Notes under the pieces: generated by a model
What the model was told of the DNA's origin: nothing
Database searches by the model: none
Seen by the model: the letters and a program-made list of their open reading frames with translations, nothing else
Part shown: piece after piece, positions 1-12,734 of the stretch
How the letters are laid out: each line of letters begins with the position of its first letter
How positions within the stretch are numbered: position 1 is the first letter of the stretch
Source: Vezdaea acicularis
Taxonomy: Eukaryota
NCBI GenBank assembly: GCA_026025075.1
Contig: JAPEUI010000080.1
Span: 1 to 64,000, forward strand
Reading direction: 5' to 3'
Length of the DNA stretch: 64,000 nt
Translations under genes and position numbers: made by a program

Positions 1-333
1 TCTCGCACACAGACAGTCGCAGCCCCCATCGCCGCCTTCACAATGGCCTGTCTCCTCTTCGTATACAGCCGGACGTCCATCCGCGCCGCGAAGGAGAACG
101 CGCAACGCCACCGCGAGGCGGACGGCGGGCAGATCAGTTGGCGGAATGAGAGTTTGCGGCGGCATGGCAAGGCGGAGAGGCCAGCTGAGGAGGGACCGGT
201 GAGTCTATTGGTAGGGGGTGCAGGGAGGAGGGCGGGGGTGAAGGGTGGTGCGGCTGGGGAGAGGGAGAGTAAGCAGGAGGGGGAGATTAGGAAGGTTAAG
301 GAGGAGAGGGGGAGGAGGGAGAAGGGTAGTTGA
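1..333 (+). CDS. 3' part of a small fungal hypothetical protein (5'-truncated by the window edge)
   Basis: The frame is open from base 1: SRTQTVAAPIAAFTMACLLFVYSRTSIRAAKENAQRHREADGGQISW. It has one hydrophobic stretch and ends at TGA 331-333. Confidence 0.6.
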   Translation, partial: SRTQTVAAPIAAFTMACLLFVYSRTSIRAAKENAQRHREADGGQISWRNESLRRHGKAERPAEEGPVSLLVGGAGRRAGVKGGAAGERESKQEGEIRKVKEERGRREKGS

Positions 334-809
334 GGTGGGGGTGAGGGATGGGTTGGGGGTTTGCACGAAAGCAATGTTTTACTCGCGCATTCAAGGGTTT
401 GGTGGTCACGGCTTATATGTAAGGGGGATATATCATGGTCATCACAAGGAGCGTCAGCATCGCATTGGGTGATCAATAGATACTCAAGTCGCATTGGCTT
501 CTGACCGATTGCTCACAATCAAAGCCAGTCCGTGTATCCAAGAATTCAAACAAGGCTCGAACGCTTAAATGCTGTCATGCTCCAAGAAAAAAGAAATCCA
601 CCAACCCCTGTAGTGATGCTCAAGGTCTGCGATGCTCTTAAGCAACCAGCCCGATCGCATGAAATGAAACGCCTATATACGCCTCTGTTTTCCTCCCAAC
701 TAATGAGAAAGGTTATGCATGAAAGGAAGGTATTTACATGTCCAATGTACAATATCATAAGGGATTTGTTGCCTCCGTTTTGTCTTGCGCATGGTATCTG
801 GTTGTATCC

Positions 810-2128
810 TTAGCATTGTGGCACGTTTTCAGCCAGTTCTAATTTCCGGCGGCCTTCAGCCTGTAAGTGCTTGACTTTGCCCATGGAATACTCAAACGTT
901 ATCATGGTTGTTACTGCGGCTGGGACAGCTCGGAACAGGTTCGTCCCCAGTCCCGCATAGAATGCCCTCCAGCCTTCTTCCTTTAAGATTGTTTTGAAGG
1001 TTTTGACGATCCCCTTGTACCGCGGCGGCGAACGCATACCGTCCGAAGAAGATGCCCCCACCGGAGCAGCGTGGCCGTGCCGCCCGTTAAACCCGCCACG
1101 GAAAGCAACACCCTCCGGCGAGGCGAACGGTACAGACCTTTGTTGCGTCTGCAACCGTGTCCGCAGAACCTCATGTGGATAAGTTGCAGAGCTTGCGCAG
1201 AGTTTGCTGAGAACACTTGCTGTAAAGATGCCCAACCATTGCGAATCTTCCCCTACCTTCGATTGGTAACCCATTGGCCGGCCTGTGAATTTCATCCGGA
1301 AATACTCGTACAAAGGGAACTGAACTGCCACATGTGATAGGCCAAGAAGGGCTGGCGACAGTCCTGAGTAGAACGAGCGAAGTCCTTCTGTCTTGTACAT
1401 CTTTCTCGCCGCATCCCATGTCGAGGTATAATGCCATTGTGGCCGTGGCCCCTCCCATGAAGATAAGGCGCTTACTTGCGACATCAGCCTCGTCTTGATT
1501 ACCCATATTGGATTAGTAACCATCGTAGAAGTTGCGCCAGCTGTCAAAGAAGCAAGGAGATGTGCGACAGCTTTTTCTCGTTCACGCTCTGCAATTCGTG
1601 AATCAGTTTTAGCGTTCAGATAACATTTGAAGTTTGCTTTATCAATTCATAGCACTTAAGCTTACCTTGTCCGACCTTTTTATACCAAAACGTCCGAGCC
1701 CGGTCGTAAACAGTGAACCATACCGCCCAGGTTGGGAGATATCCAAGAATCATGGGCGTAAGACCTCTGTACATGCCTCTGATGCCCTCCTCTCGCCATA
1801 TTATCCGCGTCGTTCCAACCATGCCTTGATATGCCATTGTCACTGGACCTCTTCCTGGTTGCGATTGCCAAGCGCCTTGTGCCTGTAGCTTTGTCTTGAT
1901 CACATCTAACGGACATGTTACTATCCCTGACGCAAGCCCGCCAGTTGCCCCACACAATGTATTCGCCATGTCTTTGGACAGATGCGTGGACCATAGCTCT
2001 ATCCTAGTAATTGGGGCATCTGGTAAGACGGAGGGTGCACTGAAAGCCGTGGCGTCCTGTGATTTGAACGGCGTTGACGTGAATTGCTGCTGGCCGGGAG
2101 GACTTCGACCATTGCGATTAACCGACAT
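810..2128 (-). CDS. NDT1: Mitochondrial carrier protein, probably the NAD+ transporter (Ndt1/Yia6 type)
   Basis: Three carrier signatures (PLDVIKTKLQ, PIWVIKTRLM, PHEVLRTRLQ) plus GYLPTWAVWF and HVAVQFPLYE. One GT-AG intron at 1589-1665 joins the two ORFs in phase. Confidence 0.85.
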
Positions 2129-2785
2129 AGTCAGATAAAGGGTAGAACGATCGAGCCGTAGACGACTGGCTCCTCCGCTTGATTCAAAGAGCAGAGGAGT
2201 CAGCCGGCGGGGTTATTGATGAAGTGCCCTAAGCTTGGTCTTCGGAGTGCGGGGTGTTGAGCGCCCGCTGCACTCCCAGAGACGCCCGGATTCTAACGAT
2301 TATCGCAAGCCATGGGCGGTCGATAGAAGCAATCAACTCGGCTTGAAGATATAAACTAACGTTGCGGGTTGTGTGATTGTAGCTTAAACAAGGATATACA
2401 ACTACCAGTAGCTGGCGAGGCTTGCGTGAACACCCGGTTTCTGCTTAGTTGTGGTGGAGATGCTGATTGAAGGTACCGGCGTCGCACTTAGAAAGCTCAC
2501 GCTGACCGCCCGCAGATAGCGTGGGGTTTCGCTCTACAGTAGCGGGCCCATACGTAACAAAAGTGCGGAAAGTTCAAGGCAGCTCGCCCGACCTTCGCCG
2601 ACACGATTTGTGATTCGCCGATTTTATTACGTAATCGGTCATCCGTTCTCACGAACGTCTACGAGCTACATTCTCATCGCGAAACTTCAACGGACGTCAC
2701 CTCAAACCCTGGCTTCACCAACTGCAATTGACTTCCTGGGCGCCGCTGGCACCTTCATCAAAAGGCAGTCTTACTTTCTTTAATC

Positions 2786-3323
2786 ATGTCGGTATCTCCT
2801 CTCACAAAGTTCATCGTCAAACGACCATGGCTCCGTAGATGGATGACTCCCTTGGCGAATTGGTACGGCAACGCTGCTGGTTATAGGAAGCTCGGGCTCA
2901 AGTAAGGACACCTATTCACACCTTTCAATCGATTTTGGATGCTCCGATCGACCCCTCATGATGTCGCTTATCCAACTTTGCGTGATCGCAACTAACCTTG
3001 TGGAATTCACATAGGGCGGACGACTTAATACCTGAAGAGAATGACACTGTACAACTGGCCCTAAAACGCCTGCCACCGAAAGAAGCGTATGACCGTGTTT
3101 TCCGATTACGGAGAGCTTTCCAAGTGAGTAGAGCGTTTAGTGCGAAAACAGCGCAGGGCTGATCAAATCTTAGTGCTCGCTTGCACATCAACTCCTGCCC
3201 AAGGAGGAGCACACCAAGCCCGAAGACGACGACAGATACCTGTCCCCCATCATAGCAGAAATTGAAGCCGAAAAGGCGGAGCGGGATGATCTTGAGGCGA
3301 TGACGGTGCAGCGGAAGGCCTGA
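2786..3323 (+). CDS. QCR7: Cytochrome bc1 complex subunit 7 (14 kDa)
   Basis: Missed by the ORF track. Exons 2786-2901, 3015-3123 and 3174-3323 give ...[62 protein letters not shown]... Confidence 0.95.
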
Positions 3324-3883
3324 AACTGAGTGTACAGAGGGGTAGATCGAATGGCGAAGGGAGCAACTCTTGGTAGAACTAGAGAGCGGAGGGTCGATCG
3401 CAATCCTGCAGTCCGTTAGGATACTCACTATGGCTTTCTTTATCTCTATGCTACCCCGTGAACCCATACCTATAGAAGACTGTATTTTATCACGTATCAT
3501 CCACCACCATAACGATTCTCTTGCATAGGCTTAGTAGTGAACGCTGTGGAATGCTGCAAACAGTCTTAACATCGACCATATACCAGCTTTTTCATTGAGT
3601 CCCTGTGGTGCATCAAGGAGTCAGACAGTCTCCCGGTGGCCGCCAGAGTATATACTACAAAACTCTCCCGCATCATAGGAAACCAAGCTCCTGAACTTCT
3701 ACCAATCCGCTTTCAGTGACAATATGTAGTAAGACCTCAAAGACTGTTCAAATCCATCCAACTCGAAGCGCGAAAGGAGCTTGCGCACAGTATCAATGAG
3801 GTGTCTTATTCCGAACAATTTTGCTGAATAGAGAGATATGAGGGCATCTTCTCTAATTTGATACCAGTACGTCCAAGCCCCTC

Positions 3884-5178
3884 TCAGCTGTTCTGCAGTG
3901 CAGCCACATCAACATTCTCGATCCGCCACATGTACCACATAAAGAGACTCCTACCGCATCATCAGCTCTTGATCTGCTCTAAGCAGTCCAAGGGAATTCA
4001 AGGAAGGACACCACTCACCTGTACGGCGCAAACTTCGCCGAATGCTCCAGCATTTCTTTTTCGGACATGTATTTCCACTTTCCTCCCCCCTTCGCCTTCA
4101 GCTTACTCACATCCTTTCCCATATACGCTGCCATACCTCTCCTAGGTCCATGTGAGCAATCCATACCAAACAATTTTGGCCAGATACCCAGCACAAGGGG
4201 GACTTACTGCACGCCCAGATCCCCGGTCGAGAAGACGTCCATCCTCTTCAAGCCAAAGCAGGCAAACATCTCGACTGACCACCGTCCCAAGCCCCGAACG
4301 GCAATCAGCTTCTCCATCACTTCTTCATCGCTCGCTCTGAGGAGGAGCTCCGCGCTCAACTCCTTGCTCGCAAACTTCTCCGCAAGGCCCTTGATATACT
4401 CGGCCTTCCGCTGAGAAAGGCCTGCCGTGCGGAGCGTAGCTATATCCATCTTCACCACTTGCGAAGGCGTGGGAAAGGCATGCACCAGCCGCTCCTCATC
4501 CTCCGTGTTGTCACTGGGGCTGAAAAGGGCGACAAAGCGGTTTTTGATTGCTTTCGCAGCAGCGCCGGAGACCTGCTGGCCTATGATACCGCTGGCGAGG
4601 CTCTGAAAGGGATCTATTTCCTCCGCCAGTGCCTCAGGAGTGAAGATCCGGCAGGGGTGCTGATCGATGACGGTCTTCAGCTTGGGGTCTACTTTGAGCA
4701 GATGGGCGACTGCTTCGTCGAGGATATTCAAAGTGGTGGTCTTTGCATGTTTGCGTTTTCCCTTGCTTGGAGAAAGGTCATGGTCGCCATCCCAGTAGGC
4801 TACTATGCGGGATGTTTCTGGTGAGATTAGAGTAGCGTTTGTGTGGTGGGGCTCAGCTGGGCGCTTGGCTGGCGGAGGGGAAGAAGTGACATCGTGGATG
4901 TCTCTATGGGTTCGCGGTGAGCTCACAATACCAGCCACAGTCGGTGTGGGCGTTATAGGAGAAGCTGTTGTGAGTGTAGCGGCTTTTCTTCTCCGCTTGG
5001 GTGTTGCTGGAGCAGTAAGCCCCGCAGCTTCCTCGAGAGGTTCTTCTTCGCTGGAGTCCTCCTTTCTTCTCTTCTTACCGTTGACGGCATTCTGTCTCTC
5101 CGGCCCATCTTTTTCATCATCAGGCTTCGAGAGAGGTGCAATGTTATTGGTCACGGAGTTCTTCGCCTGGCCTCGCAT
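3884..5178 (-). CDS. MAG1: DNA-3-methyladenine glycosylase (HhH-GPD/AlkA family)
   Basis: IIGQQVSGAAA, GLSQRKAEYI, HhH motif VRGLGRWSVEMF and DVFSTGDLGVQ, plus two downstream exons (RGMAAY...FAPYR; SLFMWYMWR). The start is ATG 5178 or 5202. Confidence 0.9.
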
Positions 5179-8100
5179 CGAGCGCCAGATATTTTGAATC
5201 ATAGGGGGCCTTAGGAAGGCTAAAAGAGCTAGAGCTATGTTTATAAGAGGGCGGAAATACTCAAAGCCCCTATATCGAAGCTTTGGTGTGATGAAAAGTA
5301 TACGGAAAAGTGGAGAAAGCAAATCAACGTTTTTACGAATATCAAGTTGCACCAAGGCGCGCCCTGTGTCATATAATACAGTATCTTAATTAAGCAGACA
5401 CATATGCAATCGAAGTATAGATCAGGAACAGTGATTAAAGGCTTGGGGTCTCTGAAAATACTGTAAAGACAAGATAATTCGAAAGTGGGGATGGGCCGTC
5501 GTTCAAAAGCGCGTAAGCTCTAGTTTCAACGATGTCGCGAGAGGGAAAGTTCGAGGTCACGCGAGTCATCATATCGTGATGGACAGCCACTGCACAACAT
5601 CAGAATTCTGTTAAATGCACCGGCCAGTGAAGTTTCAACCTGTCCGTGCCGGAAAGCCAGCTCGAGCGAATTGATGACCAAAGTTTTCATGAGGACTGGT
5701 GCCGGTGCTCCGATATGCAGGTACGGAACCGGTACACACGTGTACCGGGCCTGAAACGCCACCCTCGCGTCCGCCAAGACAGCCATCCCTTTAGCCGTTT
5801 TGGTGTCGCAGGGGAGTTGCCGCTCTCTGCGCCACTCGTCCATGGGATATCGCGACCGCCAGCCGTGGCCAACGAAATTGCGCGGCAAGTCGTTCGCGCC
5901 AATTTGAACGTCTCGTCGCAATCTCACTTATCAATGTCCTCTCGTCCGGTTCGACTCCTTTTGCTTATCCCGTCGCATTAAGCATTCTGCGCCCACGGCT
6001 CTACTACCTTGCCTATCGATATTTGGCGTCGGCGGTAAATCACTCCTCTCCGTCCCTCGTCCGAAAAGCTTGATCCAGATCCTGAGTGGACGACGTTTTA
6101 GAGCGATGTAACCTTGATGGCGAGAGAGACATGGAAGCTCGCTCCAGCAAACGGCGCGGAAGCAGCTTCATGGAGATTTGGCACCGCTTAGGTTTCCATC
6201 AGAGGTAAGAACTATAGTCGACGATATGATGTCTTTGATCACGAGATCCCAGAGTTTGGGGCCGCCGTAGACTCCTGGGTCATGACTCGTGATGGTATCC
6301 TCTATCGAGCTATCACCAGGGTCCTGTTCCCTCGCGCATCTTGCAGCCGCTCTAAATGCGGCGAATGATAAAAAGCAAAGCTTACATTGAAATCATTCGC
6401 AGCTTCGGGGAAGACGTGTACTTCGCCAAACCCATGATCATGGCACAGTCAGTGATCCAGAGAGCGGTGACCGTGATAGAGACACCGCCTGCGCCGGATG
6501 AAAGGATGCGCTCGTATATATTTTTTGTGCACCGTAATTCCCTATGCCAGCTGCTCAGCTAGCCATTCGTGCCATCGTGGGCTAGATCCGTCCTCGTTAT
6601 CAAAGAGACGGAACCGTCCCGGATCACGGTAGCCGCTCGACTGGAGGGGGGGGGTAGATCTTACTTGAGCCAACAGACTTTGACCGTGCATGAAATCGAA
6701 GCCGTCGGTCTGGTCTGGTTTCGACGGCTCTCTCGAAAGTTCGGGATCTTCACAACAAGCGCAAGGTCTCACCTGGCTGGTCGACCGAAAGCGAGCTAGT
6801 GCCACCGCTTGGCTGCTGCACCGAGCTGCGTACGAATTGTGGGGGCATCGACTACGCGGCAGCGATAAGTGAGGAATGCATGCGATCATGAAAAACAGCG
6901 TCTGGAATGTTGAGAGACGATCGAATATGGCCACAGTGCTACGATGCAGCTCAAGCCAGGACCAGAATCTCGGTGATCAAAAGCTTCATGTCTGTGTCGC
7001 TCATTCCATCGAATAGAGCGCTTTTGTGATGATGGACCATCTTCGCCGGTATCCCCAAGCTATCATAGACAATGACTTCCTGCATCCAGACGGAGATGGT
7101 TTCCCAGATGCGAAGTGGGAACGCGCAGGGTTGATGAAGATAGGCTGTTGCACCCACCAGCTTAGGTTGTGGGGAGCAATCCGCTATCGAGCAATCGCCA
7201 TGGTGAACGCATGGAATGGTTGGGTCGGCGGACATCTAAAAATACACCCGGTCTGTCCTCCCCCCATGACTTCAGCATCCTTCGATGCGGTCCGATGCTG
7301 GAAAAAGACGCAAGGGTGCTCCAACCTGTGCTGGCCCAAACACCAGATAGGAGCTTGGGGTGTTCGAGCGTCGATGCGCCATCAAAGAACGTGGCGGCTT
7401 TTGTCGGCCCGACGAATAAAAAGCGCAGCTCAAACACATTCGGGCTTTCTGGTCTCTAGCTTGGGGAACTAGGGTTTTGGCGGTGCGGTTGGACGCAGCC
7501 ATTCGCATTTCTCCTGGGGTATCAAGAAAGAAAAGGGAGATGCCCAGAATTCGAAAAGGATGCCGAGCAGGTTCCGAGGAGCTCATCCAGATCCTGTGCA
7601 TGACTCCTTGCGCGGTCGAGGATTTGCAGCCTTCGTGAAGAGAGCCATGGGCGGTCGACGAAGTACGAAGGTAGAGGATCCTCTGGATGCTGCATCGAGG
7701 CGGGAATGATATAGGGAGGTCGTCGTGATATGTAGTGCGAAGTTGAAGCCCAAATGCTTGGGCGGAGATTCCTAGATCGTTCGTTCGTTCCAGCGAGGGC
7801 GGCCACGGTTGGTTCTTGCCCCCGTCCCTCGGGGTGGTGGTTGTCCCAGCCGAGACACACGGATCGTAATCATGGGCGAGAGGGCAAGCCTCACGCTAGC
7901 GAGCAGGCCCAGCGCCCGCGAACGCCGACGAGGGCGAGTCGGCGAAATTGGAGCTGGGAAAAGGCGCAAATCCGGTCTGGGGGAAGGAGAGGGACGAGAC
8001 CGCTGGCTCGATCGCTGCGATTCAAGAGCGGTCGAGGACGACGGCGAGAGAGGGCGAGGGGACAAGCGGCTTGATAGATGATGCTTTCCCAGCACGCAGC

Positions 8101-8547
8101 AGGAGAACGTGACAGGGGGACATGATCATGTGACGTCGCGATATGGCGACGAGAGCACTGCTGGCCCCCTCGCGCTGGACGGGCCCCCCCCAACGTGGGT
8201 AGAAGTCGACGCTGCACGAGAGGGTGACAGCCGAAACGCCGCCAGAACGCACGATGCGGCCCCGTCCAGTGGCATCCCTGCCGCCCGCGCCCGTTCGCTC
8301 TCCACCACCATTGACGGCCCGCCCTCTCGTTGCTTCTGCGCTTTCCACGCACCTGTGATCGTCGAGCGTCGGCCGGTTCTGCGATGGCCATTTCCTGCTA
8401 GCCCGCGGTGGCATTCACTAGAAACCACGTCCCTTGCCCTTTTCCCTTTGAACCTGCCGTTGCTTACAGCGAGCTTTTCGTGCGGGAGCGAGATGGAGAG
8501 CGAGAGAGAGCGACTGCAAGAGAAAGCGAAAGCAAGAGTGAGAGCAG

Positions 8548-8564
8548 GAGAGAGAGAGAGAGAG
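8548..8564. repeat. (GA)n microsatellite in a purine-rich tract upstream of ECM33
   Basis: gagagagagagagagag read directly. Confidence 0.8.
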
Positions 8565-9322
8565 TAAGAGAAGCCGGTGCGATGGTGCGGGCTGTTTCCT
8601 CGTCTGGCTCGCCTGTTGACCCGCGACCTGCCCAAACGCTCCCCCCCGTTACGGTCGCCCCCCGGCCACCCACGCCTTCCCCTTTTCGCTCGCCTGTGGC
8701 TCGCACTTGCCCGGCCACTCGCACTGCAATCTTGTGTCTCGGCGCTGGGTCGCGCCTGCTGTCCCCGGCTCCACCCAGACGAAAAAAAGAGTTGGCCATC
8801 TTCCTTTCGCTTCACCCTCAAGCCCGACTTTTATTTGTCGTTGTCGTGGACGCTCCAACTCTCGCTCTACACTTCACTAACCCGCAACCCTTTCTCTTCT
8901 CGTCACGCTCGTTGACTTGCCCTTTCTTCACCCCAAGGCCTCGACCGCGCCCTCAATTGGACTCGGCCGCCATTACCGGAACCGTCAAGCCAGCCCCGAA
9001 GCTTGTTGTTCGCGCCCTTCGTTTCACCCCGTCCCATTCTCCCACGCTCGTTCCAACCACCTCTCTACCACAGCATTTTAATACCTAGAGACCTTTGCAC
9101 GATCAGCCTTCCAGCTTCTCCTGCATCGCTTTGCGTTGGAATAGTACTCATATCCCACCCTTTAATAACCATCCACTCCGTAAGTCCCGTCTCCGCCCCA
9201 GCGTCGTTGAGCTCCTGATCCATCACGCGTCTCTCGACCCTTCTCCCAACGCGAATTGCGTGGACTCCTGCTCATCAATTACCAACAGCTCATCATCTCG
9301 TGGGGATCCAACATCCGTCAGA

Positions 9323-10708
9323 ATGGCCATTCTCAAGACTCTTCTTCCCCTGCTCGCTATTGCTGGCACTGTTGTGGGTACGTTCAATCATCCTCTCTTC
9401 TCCTAAAATTGCCCCCTCGTCCCCATCTCCATCTTCAACATTTTCCATTGCGTGGTTCGTTACGGCGAACCTTATCGAGTACACATTAGAACGTCTCTAG
9501 AATTTTGAACTGACCAGGTGTCGACGTCTAGCGCAATGTTCGGATGGCACCAACAACATCCAGAACAGTGGAGACGCAATGAAGCTGCAGTCCTGCACGA
9601 CCCTCTCAGGCGATGTAGTGATATCAGCCAACACGACAGACCCCATCACGTTGACCGGCATTCAAATCATCAACGGCTCACTGATCTGTGAAGGGCAAGG
9701 TCTTTCAACAATTGCGTCGATATCTGCACCAACGCTCCAGACCATCGGGGGCTCGTTCAATCTCAGCCAACTCACAGCTCTAAGCACCCTTAGCTTCCCT
9801 CAGCTCACCAAAGTACAAAATATATCCTGGATTGCTCTGCCTCAATTGCAGTCTCTCAACTTTAGCCCCAACAACGCAACTGGCGGTGTCATTATGGCCA
9901 ACAGTGTCGTCATCAGCAACACGGGTCTCAAATCTCTAGACGGTATCAACCTGCAAACAGTTGATACTTTCAATATCAACAACAACCCAGATCTGACCAA
10001 GGTCAACCCTGTGCAGCTAAGGGAAATCACCGGTCCTCTAGACATTGAGGCTAACGGCAAGGCCCTTATTGCCTCATTCCCAGCGCTTCAGGTGGCGTTC
10101 AACATGACGTTCAAGAACTGCAGTGACGTTCAGCTACCTGCGCTCTCGGTTGTCAATGACACCATGGGTTTCTTCGGCAATGCCTTCCAGAGCGCCGACC
10201 TGAACAACTTGACGTCGACTGGGAAAGATCTTGTCTTCGTCGGCAACGACCAGCTCACCAACATCTCGGCACCTTCTCTCACCAAGATTGGCGGAGGTTA
10301 TCTCATTGCCAACAACACCCAGCTGACCATGATCAATGGCTTCAAGGCATTGCAGACGGTTGGAGGCGCTCTCGACTTCAGTGGGGACTTCTCAGAGTTC
10401 GTTACCATCCCCGATATTGAAGCTTCATGACTAACATCGACGATAGTGTCGAACTTCCAGCACTTACCGAGGTCTATGGTGGTTTCAATTTACAATCATC
10501 GGGTAACTTCTCCTGCTCTGCGTTTGACAAGGACCACAGCAACGGCGTCATCCGCGGAACTTATACTTGCAAGGGGGACCTTCAAAATCCAGGCACAGCT
10601 GCCAACCCCAACCCAACGACGAAGAAGAGTGCTGCACCCTCCCTTGTCATGTCCCAGACTCTTGGCTTCATAGTCCTGGTAACTGGGGCTTTCAGTCTCC
10701 TCATGTAG
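9323..10708 (+). CDS. ECM33: GPI-anchored cell wall organisation protein Ecm33 (Sps2/receptor L-domain family)
   Basis: Signal-peptide exon 9323-9377; introns 9378-9531 and 10397-10446; repeated L-x-x-I-G-G L-domain motifs; hydrophobic C-terminal GPI signal. Confidence 0.93.
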
Positions 10709-12734
10709 GGCTCTCGGATCGGCGTTCTCATTACATCTAACTTAGACCTAATTCTTCCTGTCTTTCTGCTTCCTCTCCACGGCAGCCATTAAAGACTTTG
10801 AGCGCACCTTCTTTCGGATCTTCATGGCATGCGTTGAGTTTTCTGTTGCGCGCATGGGACCGCCATATGTACGAGGTTCAATGTAGCGGTTATTACGCAT
10901 GGCTTTTGGTTTGGGATCGCGTACCGAAAGAATTGTTGTCCGGCAGTGGCAATCGTATACCCGACTATCCTGGAGTGACACGATGCATGCTTAGGCTCGT
11001 GGGGGAGCGGCTATTACTGCGTATGGCATCGGTGAGAGCACAAGCAAGGCACGTGCTCAGGGGAGGAGCCAGCTTCTCATTTTTCGGCCTCTTAACACAC
11101 GTTGCTCTTTGCATGCTTGTACCTGACCTTCAAAAGCTTGCTCTTTCGTAGATTCGCCTCGAGCTGATAATTCAATTGTCCATATTCTATTCTGCTTTCA
11201 TTCACAGCGTGGCCTGATATCCTGCTGGGGAATAGCATGCCGGAGATGCATGTACTCTCCATTGTGAGCGTCGAAAACGACTTTGTAGGCAACCAGGGCA
11301 AAGGGCTTGACCTAACACAGGGTAAGCGTTCCTCCGTTTAGACCATAGTACTGGTGCTATAGCCTGCAGTCAGATCCACAAGGGAGGTTCATCACATGTG
11401 ACTACGGAGAATGCTCGCGAAAGTAGGTGCGAAGCCTGGTCATCATTTTTTGCTGGCGCTCCACGCGCCATATCTCGAGTTAGGCGAGGTTTGATACGTA
11501 GGCACACCTCTACTCGCCGACATGTTTTACTCCTCTAGTTATGCTCAAGCATGAAAAGATCAACAATCGTAAATGCCAAGGGCGCGGAGGAGTTTGCTTT
11601 TTTTCTATCAGCACAGCCCAAATAAAGCGAATACCGTCCAAGAGCTACAGCTAAGAGAAGCGATGCAGAGTGTAATTCCACCGCGTCCTGCCCAATCCAG
11701 CAACATCTACATTCGCCAACTCACAATATGACCACTCACACTCACTTCTGTCATGCGGGGCCTAAGGAAAACTTTGCGCCCTCACAAGTCATACTCCCAC
11801 TTGAAAAGTTTGCCATCGCCCAGTGGTGTTTGGTCTGATACCACGGAGATCGCCGCTACAGAATAGGTCCCGACTTTTACCAACAGCCGTGATGACTCCC
11901 CAATGGGCAATACCTGGTCCCCATAGTACGCAATGGGGCAGCCATACCCATAACTTACGAGAGTATGATCGACTGCAAGAACAAGACATTGACGCAGTAG
12001 CAACCATAGAACGCGTTCACGTTACTTTCCCTTGGCTGATGGATCATATCAAGGACAGAGTCCGTCCAATGACAGTAAGTTACTTGGACCACCCAGCCTT
12101 CCCGCCACAATGCACTCGATCCTGCACACGAAAAAATCATGGCTGTCCCGTGGCGAAGCAAGGAGCTCTCGAATTGGGACCTGCAGCACCACATCGTGAC
12201 TGAACATGGACGAAGCGTCTTTAGAAACCAGCAAAATGCCACTATCCATGGATTAGGGGATCACGCCATTGGATGTTGCACGACTTTCAACCTTCAGGTG
12301 TAGACAGTCTGGGTTTAGTTCGAATCTCAATCGGTACTACTACCCAGCTTTGTGGTGCGGAGAGGCCTTTTTGAACCGTATCTCAATTTTCTCATCACTT
12401 TCCCCACATGATCGCCTTCACTCTTCGTCGCGCATGCTGCAGCCTTTCCTTGACGTGTGGTGCATTTCCCCTTCCCAGTCAGTCTAATCGGACTGAGTAT
12501 TTTCCAGGTCCTACTGCTGTCAGGGGCCGCCGTGTCTTCGTTCCCTACCATAAAGCGTGTGAGGTATGCCCTCTACAGGCCTACCTGTATACTTCTCTCC
12601 TGCTGGGCCACTCTCTTTTAATACCGATATTGTTATCTTGCACTGTTCTGTACACCGCGTCTCAAGCCTATTCATTGATTTGTTGGTCCCAGCTGCTATC
12701 TTGGAGGAGAAGCAGTCGCTAACTGCTAAGGGCA

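Noticed and set aside
2925..3500. 191-aa minus-strand ORF, and similar antisense ORFs such as 53007-53723
   Set aside because: Shadows of real genes on the opposite strand (QCR7, BUD6).
7750..9100. Many overlapping 100-230-aa ORFs on both strands
   Set aside because: GC-rich low-complexity sequence with mostly non-ATG starts and no motifs; better explained as ECM33 promoter/leader.
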